This document shows positions 48,468 to 58,969 of a stretch of DNA of 64,000 nt, one piece after another. The position numbers and the translations under genes are program-made. Under the pieces are notes generated by a model. That model worked only from the letters and a program-made list of their open reading frames with translations. It had not been told where the DNA came from and made no database searches. The first letter of the stretch is position 1. Each line of letters starts with the position of its first letter. Location of the stretch: assembly GCA_965116905.1 (NCBI GenBank), contig OZ220732.1, positions 4,096,001 through 4,160,000 of the forward strand, read 5' to 3'. Origin of the DNA: Longimicrobiales bacterium (GTDB taxonomy: Bacteria; Gemmatimonadota; Gemmatimonadetes; Longimicrobiales; Gaopeijiaceae).

Positions 48468-49187
48468 ATGACTCGAGTCGCCCTTGTGACCGGTGGGGGT
48501 GTGAGGTTGGGAAGGGCGATCGCCCTGGCGCTGGCCGATAGCGGTTACGACCTGCTGGTGGGCTACAATACGTCGCCTGCGGGTGCCGCCGAGGTCGAAG
48601 CGGCTGCCCGGCGGGCCGGCAGACGGGCCCACGCGGTGAGCGCCGACCTGTCACGCGAGGAAGACGTGCTCCGCCTCGCGCGCGTCACCCGTGAGCGGTT
48701 CGGCCGCCTCGACCTGCTGGTCAATTCGGCGGCCAGCTTCATCGCCAACGACCTGCTCGATGTCACCGCCGACGAATGGGACGCGGTCATGGCGGTAAAC
48801 CTGCGTGCGCCGTTCCTGCTCATCCGCGAAACCGCCGACCTGCTGCGGCAGGCGCGGGGCGCGGTCGTCAACGTCGCCGACCTGTCGGCGCTGCGGCCCT
48901 GGACGACCCATCCCCACCATGCGGTGTCGAAGGCGGGACTGCTCCACCTCACGCGGGTCGCGGCCAGACGCCTGGCGCCCGACGTGCGCGTCAACGCCGT
49001 CGCGCCCGGCTTCGTGCTGCCCCCGGACGACTACGGCGCGGGCAAGATCGAACGGACGCGGCGGCGCATCCCGCTCGGCCGGGTCGGCACGCCCGACGAT
49101 GTCGTGAACGCGGTGAAGTTCCTGGCCACCGCCGACTACGTCACCGGCGAGGTGCTTGTCGTGGACGGCGGCCTGGGGCTCGACTAG
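48468..49187 (+). CDS. Pteridine reductase/FolM-like SDR
   Basis: TGGGVRLG, VNSAASF, NLRAPF, HAVSKA, LAPDVRVNAVAPG, TGEVLVVDGG. Confidence 0.8.
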   Translation: MTRVALVTGGGVRLGRAIALALADSGYDLLVGYNTSPAGAAEVEAAARRAGRRAHAVSADLSREEDVLRLARVTRERFGRLDLLVNSAASFIANDLLDVTADEWDAVMAVNLRAPFLLIRETADLLRQARGAVVNVADLSALRPWTTHPHHAVSKAGLLHLTRVAARRLAPDVRVNAVAPGFVLPPDDYGAGKIERTRRRIPLGRVGTPDDVVNAVKFLATADYVTGEVLVVDGGLGLD

Positions 49188-49573
49188 CCCTCGTGGAGCA
49201 CCTTCGCCACCACCATGCCGGCGATCCCGTACATCACGATCGAAACCACGGCGTCGCCGACCACGGTGGTCACCGTGTACATGCCCTCGGTGGTCCCGAA
49301 CATGGTCAGCCCCATCGAGAGGCTGAAGAGCAGGCCCACACCGGCCCCCGCCTTGAAAGCCGCGGCGGGCCCCCCGGCGGCGCGCCAGCTCAGCACGAGG
49401 GCAAGGAGCGCCCCGCTGGCCAGCTGGCCAGCCCCGATGGCCCAGTACGCCGGCGACTCCGACATGGCGTCATTGGCGAAGAAGTCCGCCAGCAGCACCC
49501 CATAGATGACGAACCCGAGCACGAACAGGGTGACGCCACCGGCGACGGTCGCAAGTATGCATTTCTGGTTCAC
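49184..49573 (-). CDS. Small hypothetical membrane protein (about 4 TM)
   Basis: Four hydrophobic segments; RBS AAGGAG before GTG. Confidence 0.7.
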   Translation of the reverse strand: MNQKCILATVAGGVTLFVLGFVIYGVLLADFFANDAMSESPAYWAIGAGQLASGALLALVLSWRAAGGPAAAFKAGAGVGLLFSLSMGLTMFGTTEGMYTVTTVVGDAVVSIVMYGIAGMVVAKVLHEG

Positions 49574-49668
49574 GGGATCTCCTTGGTGGGCGAGAACGGT
49601 TCGCTGATGCGGTCAACGTGGGGGTCAGTGGTTGGATCCGCAAACGGGCCGGCTCTGTCCGCGAACCG

Positions 49669-50634
49669 CTACTCCCCGTGCGCCAGAAATCGCTCCGCCT
49701 CCAGCGCCGCCATGCAGCCCGTGCCCGCCGCCGACACGGCCTGGCGGTAGTAGTCGTCCATGACGTCGCCGGCCGCAAAGACGCCCGGGACGTTGGTCTC
49801 GGTGCGCCACGGGGTGGGCAGTTGCACGTAGCCGTTGTCCTTGAGATCGATCTGACCGCGCAGGAAGGCCGTGTTGGGGTCGTGGCCAATCGCAACGAAC
49901 ATCCCGCCCACGGCCAGCTCCGAATCTTCCCCCGTCACCGTGTCCCGGACCCGGATGCCGGTGATGACGTCGTCCCCGAGCACTTCGACGACGACCTTGT
50001 TCCACAAAAATCGGATCTTTTCGCTGGCAAGGGCACGATCCTGCATGATCCGGGAAGCCCGCAACTCGTCCCGGCGATGGATGACCAGAACTTGACTAGC
50101 AAACTTGGTCATGTAGAGGGCTTCCTCCATGGCGCTGTCGCCGCCACCCACGACGGCGATCACCTGGCCGCGGAAGAACGGCAGGGCCCCATCGCACACG
50201 GCACACGCCGACACGCCGCCGCCGCTCTGCGCAAGCCGCTCCTCGCCGGGGACGCCCAGCCAGCGCGCGTTGGCTCCGGTCGCGAGCACGACCGTGCGGG
50301 CCCGAACCTCCTGCCCACCCGACGACCGCAGCAGGAACGGCCGGGCGGAGAAATCGACCTCGGTGATGTCCTCGGTGAAGACGCGGGTGTCGAAGCGGAG
50401 GGCCTGGTTCTTGAAGTGCATCATCATGTCGATGCCGCCGATGCCGTCGGGAAAGCCCGGATAGTTCTCCACGTCCGTGGTGAACATGAGCTGGCCGCCC
50501 GGGATCATGGTGCGGCTTCCGGCGCCCTCGAAGACGAGCGGGGCGAGGCTCGCGCGGGCCCCGTAGATGGCGGCAGTCCAGCCGGCGGGTCCGGAACCGA
50601 CGATCACGAGGTTCTCGATACTGTTGTCGGACAT
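49669..50634 (-). CDS. trxB: Thioredoxin-disulfide reductase
   Basis: [34 protein letters not shown]. Confidence 0.96.
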   Translation of the reverse strand: MSDNSIENLVIVGSGPAGWTAAIYGARASLAPLVFEGAGSRTMIPGGQLMFTTDVENYPGFPDGIGGIDMMMHFKNQALRFDTRVFTEDITEVDFSARPFLLRSSGGQEVRARTVVLATGANARWLGVPGEERLAQSGGGVSACAVCDGALPFFRGQVIAVVGGGDSAMEEALYMTKFASQVLVIHRRDELRASRIMQDRALASEKIRFLWNKVVVEVLGDDVITGIRVRDTVTGEDSELAVGGMFVAIGHDPNTAFLRGQIDLKDNGYVQLPTPWRTETNVPGVFAAGDVMDDYYRQAVSAAGTGCMAALEAERFLAHGE

Positions 50635-50682
50635 GGGGGTTCAGGGGTTGAGCGTGAGAAGTTGTGCAGGCGACCTGCCCGC

Positions 50683-51957
50683 CTATTGGGACGGGACTTC
50701 TTCCTCCGTGTACAGCGTGGAGCTTCGGTAGCGGTCCAGGCCCCGCACGAGAAGCAGCTTCGCGCCCACCGCGACCGGCACGCCGATCAACAGGCCCGCA
50801 AAGCCGAAGAAGAAGCCGCCGAGAGACAGCGACAGAACGATCCAGACGGGGTGCAGCCCGACCGACTCGCCCACGATCCGGGGGCTGATCACCGTGCTCT
50901 CGAGCGCCTGTGCGGCACCGTACACGGCCGCGACCTTGACGAGCGAGAGACCGATGTTATCGCTGACCAGCGCGATGATGATCGCCGGCACGAGCGACAC
51001 CCCCACGCCCAGATAGGGCACGATCCCGAGTACGGCGACGGTCGCGCCCAGCAGGAAGGAATACGGAAAGCCGACGATCAGAAGGCCGAGCCAGGTGATG
51101 GCACCCGTCAGGAGCGACGCCGATACCTGGCCGCGCAGGTAGCGGGACAGCAGCGCGTCGTACTCGCGCAGGAAATCGGTCGCGCCGGGGCGGATTCTGG
51201 CTGGAAGGAGGTCGCCGACGCGCGCCACGATGCGGTCGTAGTCGCGCAGCACGTAGAACATGAGCACGGGGGTCAGGACGATATAGCCGAGGATCACGAG
51301 CAGGGAGCCGAAGCCACGCCCGAGCCCGAGGACCGTGGCCCAGGCCCGTTCGGTGAGGTCGGCGCGCCTCGATTCCAGGAATTCGGCAATCATCTGTCCG
51401 TCGATCGCCTGGACGCGGGCCAGCAGGGTCGCCTCGTCGACGAACGGGATGTCGAACCCCAGCGACGCTGCGGTCAGCCCCTGCATCCAGGTGGTGAACG
51501 CGTTGAGAGCCCGGGGCGTCTCGCCGATCAGCGCGCGCACCTGCTGCACGATCTCCGGCACGCCGAAGACGACCGCCAGGGCGCCCACAGCCAGGAACGG
51601 GACCAGGATCAGGAAGATGGCGAGGGTGCGTCCAATGCGCGGGTGCGCGGAGACCCGGTCCGCCAGGGGGTCCAGGATGTAGGCGAGGACGAAGGCCAGG
51701 AAGAACGGCGCGAGGAGTGAGCCCGCCGTGTCGAGCACCCACAGGGCCACGAGGATCGTGGCCACCGTGACCGTGAGGGCGTGTCCGCGCACCCCGCGAA
51801 ACGGAGCCAGCAGCGCGATGAACACGCAGTAGATGAGGAACGGGTTGAGGAGGGTGCGCAGGCTGTACAGGAAGTAGCCGGCGACCAGTACCAGTACCGC
51901 CGCCTGCGCGATCCGCCAGGATCCTCCGGTGCCGCCGCCCGCATCGTTGCTCACCAT
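50683..51957 (-). CDS. AI-2E family transporter
   Basis: LAPFFLAFVLAYILDP, YLRGQ, VPYLG, GLHPVW. Confidence 0.9.
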   Translation of the reverse strand: MVSNDAGGGTGGSWRIAQAAVLVLVAGYFLYSLRTLLNPFLIYCVFIALLAPFRGVRGHALTVTVATILVALWVLDTAGSLLAPFFLAFVLAYILDPLADRVSAHPRIGRTLAIFLILVPFLAVGALAVVFGVPEIVQQVRALIGETPRALNAFTTWMQGLTAASLGFDIPFVDEATLLARVQAIDGQMIAEFLESRRADLTERAWATVLGLGRGFGSLLVILGYIVLTPVLMFYVLRDYDRIVARVGDLLPARIRPGATDFLREYDALLSRYLRGQVSASLLTGAITWLGLLIVGFPYSFLLGATVAVLGIVPYLGVGVSLVPAIIIALVSDNIGLSLVKVAAVYGAAQALESTVISPRIVGESVGLHPVWIVLSLSLGGFFFGFAGLLIGVPVAVGAKLLLVRGLDRYRSSTLYTEEEVPSQ

Positions 51958-52391
51958 CCCGCCTCCGTGATCTTCGCGTCCGAACGCAGCACGACATCGC
52001 GGGTCTCCTTGTAGCGGACCCGGGACGCGGCATCCGGGATCGGGAGCCACGCACAGGCGCTGATCCCTTCGTCGCGCTGCGGGACGGGCTGGCCCAGTCG
52101 GCTGCGCATGAGAAAGAACGTACAGTACTTGTGAATGGTTCTGTCCCCCTGACGGAACTTCCAGTCGATGGTGTCGATTTGCGGGCCAACGACCTCCGGC
52201 GTGATCCCGGTTTCCTCCGCAACCTCGCGCAGAGCCGCCTCGCGCAGACTCTCGCCGCCCTCAATATGACCCTTCGGCAACGACCAGTGACCATAGGGGT
52301 CCCTGATCAGGAGCGCGTGCCATACGCCGGCCACAGGGCACACGACGACGCCGCCCGCACTGCGCTCGACCGTCGCCGTCTCGCCTGACAT
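51951..52391 (-). CDS. NUDIX hydrolase
   Basis: PKGHIEGGESLREAALREVAEETG. Confidence 0.92.
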   Translation of the reverse strand: MSGETATVERSAGGVVVCPVAGVWHALLIRDPYGHWSLPKGHIEGGESLREAALREVAEETGITPEVVGPQIDTIDWKFRQGDRTIHKYCTFFLMRSRLGQPVPQRDEGISACAWLPIPDAASRVRYKETRDVVLRSDAKITEAGW

Positions 52392-52395
52392 CGGG

Positions 52396-53385
52396 CTACT
52401 GGAAGATCGAGAAGCTCAGGTAGCGGCGCGGGTTCTGCTGGATGTCCCGCAGCAGGTCACGCATCTGTACGACCGCGTCCAACGCGCCTTCTGCCAGCGT
52501 CGGATCCGCCAGCAGGCGGCCCAGCGATCCGCCCTCGTCCTGCACGGCGGTCAGCAGGGCGTCCAGGCTCGCAAAGGTCGCGTCGGCCTGACGCGCGGCG
52601 GTCTGGAGGTCCGAGAGCGAGGCGTCCATGGTCTCGGTCAATCTCCTCAGGTTCTCCACACCGGCGCCCGCGTCGGCCAACAGCTTCTGGACCTGGCCAT
52701 CCGCGACGATGGCGTCGACCCGCTCGAACGACATCCGGGCCGCGCGCGCGGCGGCACCCAGCTCACGCGTGGATGCGTCGACGCCCTCTGCAAGCGCGTC
52801 GAAGCGCTCGGCCTGCTGGTCGATGATCTCGGAGAACTGGTCGCTGACTTCGCCGAGGTTGTCGATCGCCCTGCCGAGATTCTGCGCCGTCTCCTCCGTG
52901 AACGCGACCTCGAACCGCTCCGAAATGGTCGTCAGGTTCTGCGCGATCTCGTCCGCGGTGGCCGTGAGGCGCGAGAAATCGGGAAGCGCCACTCCGGGGA
53001 GCACACCCTCTTCCGGGTATTCCAGGTAGGGATGCGTACCGTAGTCGTCCCGCCGGATGATCTCGGCCTGCCAGTCGCCGAACATGGATTCGGGCGCGAT
53101 CAGGACCGCCGCGTCGGGAGGAATGATCAGGTCCGGGCGAACCGACATGTCGATGAGCACCGCCTCGCCGCTCGGCACCACCGCCACCGACTCCACCCGA
53201 CCGACCGCGACCCCGCGAAACTTCACCGACGCTCCCTCGACAAGCTGCCCGACGCCGGTCGACGCCGCCCGCAGCGATACGCGGTCCCGGCCCCATCCGT
53301 CCTGCAGCCAGATGGTGCCCACCACGCCGACCGCGATCCCGAGCATCACCACCAGTCCCACCATGATCTCTCGTCTACGGTCCAT
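52396..53385 (-). CDS. mlaD: MlaD/MCE family protein
   Basis: N-terminal TM helix; GASVKFRGVAVGRV; helical tail ending DIQQNPRRY. Confidence 0.88.
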   Translation of the reverse strand: MDRRREIMVGLVVMLGIAVGVVGTIWLQDGWGRDRVSLRAASTGVGQLVEGASVKFRGVAVGRVESVAVVPSGEAVLIDMSVRPDLIIPPDAAVLIAPESMFGDWQAEIIRRDDYGTHPYLEYPEEGVLPGVALPDFSRLTATADEIAQNLTTISERFEVAFTEETAQNLGRAIDNLGEVSDQFSEIIDQQAERFDALAEGVDASTRELGAAARAARMSFERVDAIVADGQVQKLLADAGAGVENLRRLTETMDASLSDLQTAARQADATFASLDALLTAVQDEGGSLGRLLADPTLAEGALDAVVQMRDLLRDIQQNPRRYLSFSIFQ

Positions 53386-54145
53386 GATCTCCCCGTCCTT
53401 TCAGTCCATAGTACAAGCCCGGGTCACCCTCAACGAACCCGCGCAGCACGTCGTCGCGCGCGGCGCGCACCTCCGCAGGTGTACCCGTGAAGCGGGCCTT
53501 TCCTTCATGGAGAAGGGTAATCCTGTCGGCGACGCGGAACGCGCTGGTCATGTCATGCGTCACGACGAGTCCGGTTACCCCCAGCTCGTCGCGCATCCGG
53601 AGCACGAGCTGGTCGATCACCGAAGTGGTGACCGGGTCCAGTCCGGTCGTCGGTTCGTCGTACAGCAGGTACTTGGGCGAGGCGGCGATCGCCCGCGCGA
53701 GCCCGGCGCGCTTCTTCTGGCCTCCGCTCAGTTGCGAGGGGTAGCGCTCGCCCATCCCCTCGAGGTCGACGAGCGCCAGACACTCTTCCACGCGCTGACG
53801 GATCCTGTCGGGACGCCAGCCCGGCAGGCGCTTCAGCCCCATTCCCACGTTGTCGGCGACCGTCATCGAATCGAACAGGGCCGCGAACTGGAAGACGTAG
53901 CCGACGCGTCTGCGAAACCGCGCGAGGTCCCGTCTGCCCAGGTCGGGAACCGATTCGCCGTCCACGAAGACGGATCCCGTGTCCGGTCGCACCAGTCCCA
54001 CCAGGTGCTTCAGCAGGACTGACTTGCCGCTTCCCGACGGCCCCACGATCGCCGCGGTCGCGCCCTCGGCGACCTCCAGCGAGAAGCCGCGCAGGACCTC
54101 CTTCGGGCCGAACGCCTTGTGGAGTTCGGCGATCTGAATGCTCAT
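53375..54145 (-). CDS. mlaF: MlaF-like ABC ATPase
   Basis: GPSGSGKS, LSGGQ, YDEPTTGLDP, VTHD. Confidence 0.9.
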   Translation of the reverse strand: MSIQIAELHKAFGPKEVLRGFSLEVAEGATAAIVGPSGSGKSVLLKHLVGLVRPDTGSVFVDGESVPDLGRRDLARFRRRVGYVFQFAALFDSMTVADNVGMGLKRLPGWRPDRIRQRVEECLALVDLEGMGERYPSQLSGGQKKRAGLARAIAASPKYLLYDEPTTGLDPVTTSVIDQLVLRMRDELGVTGLVVTHDMTSAFRVADRITLLHEGKARFTGTPAEVRAARDDVLRGFVEGDPGLYYGLKGRGDHGP

Positions 54146-54924
54146 AGCAACGTCGCCGCCCAGAAGGCGTCCAGGCAGAGGATGATCATGCTCGCGATCA
54201 CCACGGTCTGGGTCGCGCTGCGCCCGACACCCTCGGCACCGCGCTCGGTCTGAAGTCCGTAGAAGCAGCCCACGCCGGTCACGACCGCACCGAAGGAAAC
54301 GGACTTGATCACGGCGAACCACACGTCCCAGGGCTCGAAGAGGAGGCGCAATCCCTTCACGAATTCGGGAGACGACATGTCCAGCAGCTGGAGTGCGGTG
54401 AACCAGCCGGAGACGATGCCCGTGGTCATCGCGAGGATCACCACGATCGGGAACATCACGATTCCGGCAATGATCCTGGGTACCACCAGGTACGCGAGCG
54501 GATCGTAGGCAAGCGTCTCGAGCGCGTCGACCTGCTCCGTGACGCGCATCGTCCCCAGCTCGGCGGAGATGTTCGCCCCGACGCGTCCTGCCAGCGTGAG
54601 CCCCGTGAGGACGGGGCCGAGCTCCAGCATCATCGTCTTGCCCACCAGGGTGCCGACAAAGTAGAGCGGTATCGTACCCGTCAGCGTATAGGACGCCTGG
54701 AGGGACATGACAATGCCGGTGAAGGTCGCGATGAAAAGCGCGATCGGGACCGACGCCACCCCAATACGCGCCAGCTGGGGGAACAACTGCGGACCCCAGA
54801 TGCCCGGATGGCGCAGTGCACCGGCCGTGCCGGCGAAGAGAATCCACGCGCGCCCCACCGAACCGAGGGCCCCGACCGTGCCGCGTCCGGCCGAGGCGAG
54901 GGGTCTCGCCACAAAGTCAAGCAT
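54142..54924 (-). CDS. mlaE: MlaE permease
   Basis: ELGPVLT, AELGTMRVTEQVDAL, GAEGVG. Confidence 0.92.
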   Translation of the reverse strand: MLDFVARPLASAGRGTVGALGSVGRAWILFAGTAGALRHPGIWGPQLFPQLARIGVASVPIALFIATFTGIVMSLQASYTLTGTIPLYFVGTLVGKTMMLELGPVLTGLTLAGRVGANISAELGTMRVTEQVDALETLAYDPLAYLVVPRIIAGIVMFPIVVILAMTTGIVSGWFTALQLLDMSSPEFVKGLRLLFEPWDVWFAVIKSVSFGAVVTGVGCFYGLQTERGAEGVGRSATQTVVIASMIILCLDAFWAATLL

Positions 54925-54986
54925 TGAGAATAATAATGGATGTGGCGGTCTGGCCCCGCCGTGGGCTCGGCCGGCCGGCCCGCCTG

Positions 54987-55331
54987 CTAGCGAAACGCCG
55001 TCAGAGTGAACGAGACGCGGTCCAACAGGGGATCGGTTCCCTCCGCGCCGCGCCACTGCACCTCGATCTCGCCGACCTGACCCGCCTCCGCCCGGAAGAC
55101 GATCTCCACATGCAGATCCTGCTCCCGGCTCTCGATCATGGTCCTGACCAACCCTACCTCGGGTCGCTCCCGGACCCTCGCCGGGTTCCGGAAGAGCGTC
55201 CTGGTCGACTGCCGCCCGGTGGGGAGGCGGCGCGTCACGCGGATCCGGTCCAGCCAGTCCGGTTGATAGCTGATGCGGTAACGGAAGCCGCGCTGATCAA
55301 CGCCCGTGGCATCCCGATTGTGTCTGGCCAT
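54987..55331 (-). CDS. Hypothetical protein
   Basis: Abuts the S2P stop and fills the gap in the minus-strand operon; no recognised motif. Confidence 0.55.
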   Translation of the reverse strand: MARHNRDATGVDQRGFRYRISYQPDWLDRIRVTRRLPTGRQSTRTLFRNPARVRERPEVGLVRTMIESREQDLHVEIVFRAEAGQVGEIEVQWRGAEGTDPLLDRVSFTLTAFR

Positions 55332-55332
55332 T

Positions 55333-56484
55333 TCAGAGCTGCAACGGTGCGGGTGAAAAGCTGAGGAAGAAGATCGCAACGGCGACCCAGCCCAGGATCG
55401 TGCGGCCCGTTTCCAGCGGCACTTCCTCCATCAGCACCGGCGGGTGGGCGAGCCTGCCCCGGCCGACCACCAGCGCGACCGCGCCCCAGAGCCACCATCC
55501 CCACCATACGAACCCCAACGGTATCATCAAAAGCACGAAGGCCATCGCGAAGGCACGCTGCCTCGGTCCCGCGAGCGCGTAGAGGATGTGCCCACCGTCC
55601 AGCTGCCCCAGGGGCACCAGGTTGAGCGCCGTGACGAAGATGCCGAGCCAGCCGGCGAACGCCAGCGGATGCAGCAGCACGGTGTTGCCGCTCTCGAATC
55701 CGGGCACGGCAATCAGGGTCGCGGCATGGAGAACGACGTTGCTCCCGATCTCGATCGGCGTATCCAGGAAACGCACCAGAAACGGATGGAGGCCGGAGTC
55801 GGTGGTGGCAACGGTTTCCGACAGGCCCAGGCCGATCAAGAGCAGCGGCAGCGACAGCACAAAGCTCGCCACCGGCCCGGCGACGCCGATGTCGAAAAGC
55901 ACCGATCTCCGGACCATGGGGCCGTGCAGCCGGATGAATGCCCCGAGGGTGCCGATAAGCGAAATGTAGGGCGGGCAGGGCAGGAAATACGGGAGTGACA
56001 CCGGGATCCGATGCCGGCGTGCCGCAAAGTAGTGTCCGAGTTCGTGACCGAGAAGGACGCCGATGAACGCCACCGCAAAGGGCAGCCCCGCACCCAGGGC
56101 CGAGACCCTCACACTCGTCGGCACCGGGAACCACTGTCCACCGATCTGCCGGGAAACCGTATCGAGGACATCGGTGCCGGCGAGGAATCCGCCCGCCACC
56201 ATCGTGCTGGCGAAGGCCAGCAGAAAGAGGGCCGCGTGCAGCACCAGGCGCGTCGGAGGCGCAGGTGTCTCGCGGCGCAATGCCACCAGCCGCGCGGCGT
56301 CTCCTTGCCGGTGGGTGTGGACTTGGTCGGCCCACTCCGCCACTTTTAGCATATCTTCCTCGGAGACATCGTCCCGCACCTGCCCGCGCACGACCTGGTA
56401 CCCGCCAGCTCTGCCAGCCCCGTGGTTCGTCAGAATGCTCGCCCACGGCGGATCGGGATGGGGAACTTTGGCCTCCACGGACAC
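55333..56484 (-). CDS. Site-2 protease family (M50) membrane metalloprotease
   Basis: HELGH, AGP, LNLVPLGQLDGGH. Confidence 0.92.
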   Translation of the reverse strand: MSVEAKVPHPDPPWASILTNHGAGRAGGYQVVRGQVRDDVSEEDMLKVAEWADQVHTHRQGDAARLVALRRETPAPPTRLVLHAALFLLAFASTMVAGGFLAGTDVLDTVSRQIGGQWFPVPTSVRVSALGAGLPFAVAFIGVLLGHELGHYFAARRHRIPVSLPYFLPCPPYISLIGTLGAFIRLHGPMVRRSVLFDIGVAGPVASFVLSLPLLLIGLGLSETVATTDSGLHPFLVRFLDTPIEIGSNVVLHAATLIAVPGFESGNTVLLHPLAFAGWLGIFVTALNLVPLGQLDGGHILYALAGPRQRAFAMAFVLLMIPLGFVWWGWWLWGAVALVVGRGRLAHPPVLMEEVPLETGRTILGWVAVAIFFLSFSPAPLQL

Positions 56485-56559
56485 GCTTCAGTCTTTTCGG
56501 ACCCCGGTGCGGGTGCTCCTTCTCGAGCCATCGATGCCGGCTCCATTCCCGACTTCCCG

Positions 56560-57813
56560 ATGGAAATCGCCGACCTCAAGAACAGAACGGTAGCGGAACT
56601 CCAGGGGTATGCGGAAGCGCTGAACATCCCCAACGCCGGCAGACTCCGCAAGCAGGATCTGATCTTCATGATCTATCGCGGCCTCGCGGAGCAGGATCAG
56701 GTCCCGCAATCCGAGGGCGTGCTCGACATCCTGCCGGACGGGTACGGCTTCCTCCGCTCCGCGAGCTGGAACTACCTGAACGGTCCCGACGACGTGTACG
56801 TCAGCCCCGCCCAGATCGCGTCGCTCGGCCTTCGCCGGGGCGACACCGTGGCCGGCCCGGTTCGTGCACCCGGCCGCCGGGAGCGGTACGTGGCCCTGGT
56901 CAGCGTCGACACCGTCAACGGGCTTGGGCCGGCGGCCGCGAAAGAGCGCCCCAAGTACGACGACCTGCGTCCGTTCTATCCCCAGCAGCGCCTGTCGCTC
57001 GAGGTGCCGGGCGGCGAAATGGACATGCGCATCATGGATCTGATCGCACCGGTGGGACTGGGTCAGCGGGGCCTCATCGTTTCTCCGCCCAAGGCCGGCA
57101 AGACCACGATCCTGCGCAACATGGCCAATGCCATCAGGACGAATCACCGAGACGTGGAGCTCGTGGTGCTGCTGATCGATGAACGCCCGGAAGAGGTCAC
57201 GGAGATGGAGGAGACCGCCGGCGCCAGCGTCTTCGCATCCACGTTCGACGAGCCGGCCAGCCGCCATCGGCAGGTCGCCGAAATGGTCCTGGAGCGAGCG
57301 AAACGGCTGGTCGAACAGGGGCGCGATGTCGTGATCCTCCTGGACTCGATCACGCGCCTCGCCCGGGCCTACAACATCCTCGCGCCACACTCCGGGAGGA
57401 TCCTCTCGGGCGGCGTCGACGCCTACGCGCTTTCGAAGCCAAAGCGGTTCTTCGGGTCGGCCCGCAACATTCACGAGGGTGGATCGCTCACCATCATTGC
57501 AACGGCGCTGGTGGAGACCGGAAGCCGCATGGACGAGGTGATCTTCGAGGAGTTCAAGGGAACCGGGAACATGGAGCTGGTCCTGGATCGCGAAATCGCG
57601 GACAACCGCGTGTATCCTGCGATCGATTTGAACCGGTCGGGCACCCGGCGGGAAGAGTTGCTGCTCTCGGAGACCGAGCTGAACCGCGTGTATCTGCTGC
57701 GCAGTTTCCTCGCCGACATGCCCGCTCCCGATGCGATCCAGTTTCTGATGGACCGCATGAGGCGCCACCGCACCAACGCCCGGTTCCTCGACGCGATGGT
57801 CGCGGGGGAGTGA
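56560..57813 (+). CDS. rho: Transcription termination factor Rho
   Basis: DGYGFLR, DVYVSP, PPKAGKT, DERPEEVT, EEFKGTGNME, SGTRREELL. Confidence 0.97.
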   Translation: MEIADLKNRTVAELQGYAEALNIPNAGRLRKQDLIFMIYRGLAEQDQVPQSEGVLDILPDGYGFLRSASWNYLNGPDDVYVSPAQIASLGLRRGDTVAGPVRAPGRRERYVALVSVDTVNGLGPAAAKERPKYDDLRPFYPQQRLSLEVPGGEMDMRIMDLIAPVGLGQRGLIVSPPKAGKTTILRNMANAIRTNHRDVELVVLLIDERPEEVTEMEETAGASVFASTFDEPASRHRQVAEMVLERAKRLVEQGRDVVILLDSITRLARAYNILAPHSGRILSGGVDAYALSKPKRFFGSARNIHEGGSLTIIATALVETGSRMDEVIFEEFKGTGNMELVLDREIADNRVYPAIDLNRSGTRREELLLSETELNRVYLLRSFLADMPAPDAIQFLMDRMRRHRTNARFLDAMVAGE

Positions 57814-57914
57814 TGGCCGCGGGGGAGTGATGGCCGCAGGGGAGTGACGGCCGCGCGGGCTGCGACCGCCCGCGGTTGCTGGCCGTCCAGATCCGGTTGC
57901 TAGCCGTCCAGATC
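57795..57914. repeat. Short tandem duplications spanning two convergent stop codons
   Basis: 17-bp GATGG(T/C)CGC(G/A)GGGGAGT about 3.5 times from 57795; 21-bp CGGTTGCT(G/A)GCCGTCCAGATC twice at 57873-57914. Confidence 0.85.
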
Positions 57915-58436
57915 CTCGTAGCGGGGGTTGACCACCAGGCTGTCGCCCTCGAAGACCTTGCGGTCCCACGGATAGACCAGCGTGGCATCCGTAACGAGCG
58001 CATGGTAGTCCGGCGCGAAGCCCCGGGTTCGCGCGAAGCTCGTGGCCGTGCGCACCTCCGCCGGGCCGACGTCCCGGACCGCGGCCAGAGCCAACCGCAG
58101 CGTTTCACCCGAGGTCGTGATCTCATCGACGATCAGTATTCGCTTGCCGCGCGCCTGCCTTGGAGCCGCGGACAGGATGGAGGGACGGTGCCGCACGACG
58201 CGGCCGCCCTCGCGCCGCGTGATCTTCAGGGAGAAGAAGTCCCGGCGCATGATGGAGGCGATGACCGCCCCGGGAATCACCCCCGCCCTCGCAACTCCGA
58301 TGACGATCTCGGGGTCGTAGTCGGCCGCTACCTTGAGCGCCAGTGCGCGGCAGAGTTCGCCGAACATCTCCCACGAAAGCTCCATGAAGTCTTCGGACGG
58401 CATGACGTCGCGCTGGTCGAAGGAACGGCTCAGCAT
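57900..58436 (-). CDS. Phosphoribosyltransferase (purine PRT-like)
   Basis: GVARAGVIPG, ILIVDEITTSGETL, VYPWD; RBS GAGGAG. Confidence 0.85.
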   Translation of the reverse strand: MLSRSFDQRDVMPSEDFMELSWEMFGELCRALALKVAADYDPEIVIGVARAGVIPGAVIASIMRRDFFSLKITRREGGRVVRHRPSILSAAPRQARGKRILIVDEITTSGETLRLALAAVRDVGPAEVRTATSFARTRGFAPDYHALVTDATLVYPWDRKVFEGDSLVVNPRYEDLDG

Positions 58437-58470
58437 TGTGTTCTCCTCTCCGCGCTTTAGACTTTCCGCC

Positions 58471-58917
58471 ATGACGACCGATCTCCAGGAGAAGGCCGAC
58501 GCCCGCTTCGCCGCAGCTCTCGCCGCCAGCGGTGCCCGCGACCCCAGGGAATACTATCGCACGCAACTTCGGGAGTTGAAGCGATCCAACCCCGAGGGGT
58601 ACGATCAGGCCGTCGGATATTATCAGGACGAGCTGGTCCCGTCCATTGCCGAGCGGGACGCCGATCCCATGCAGGCATGGCAAGCCTACGGTCTTCTCAT
58701 CGCCCAGCTGGCCGCTCCCGGGCGTGCCGTGGCGATCGATCCCAGCGGCCGGTCACAACCCCTGGAGTCCTCCGCCGGCCTCGAAGACATGGTTCTGCAC
58801 CTGCCGGATGCCCGAAACGCGCCGGCGCTCCTGGTGGGGCTGCCTCCGAAGCCATCGCCCGCGCAAATGGCCACGCACAGATGGCTGGTCTCGGGGCGCC
58901 GGGCTCTCGGAGACTAG
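58471..58917 (+). CDS. Hypothetical protein
   Basis: GARDPREYYR...AIDPSGRS...LHLP; -10-like TAGACT 7 nt upstream of the ATG. Confidence 0.65.
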   Translation: MTTDLQEKADARFAAALAASGARDPREYYRTQLRELKRSNPEGYDQAVGYYQDELVPSIAERDADPMQAWQAYGLLIAQLAAPGRAVAIDPSGRSQPLESSAGLEDMVLHLPDARNAPALLVGLPPKPSPAQMATHRWLVSGRRALGD

Positions 58918-58969
58918 CCGCACATTCACGCTACACGGCGCCCGTCCGACGCGGCGACTTGCCCCCAGG

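Noticed and set aside
57795..57914. Mini CRISPR array
   Set aside because: Repeats are contiguous with no spacers, and no cas genes are present.
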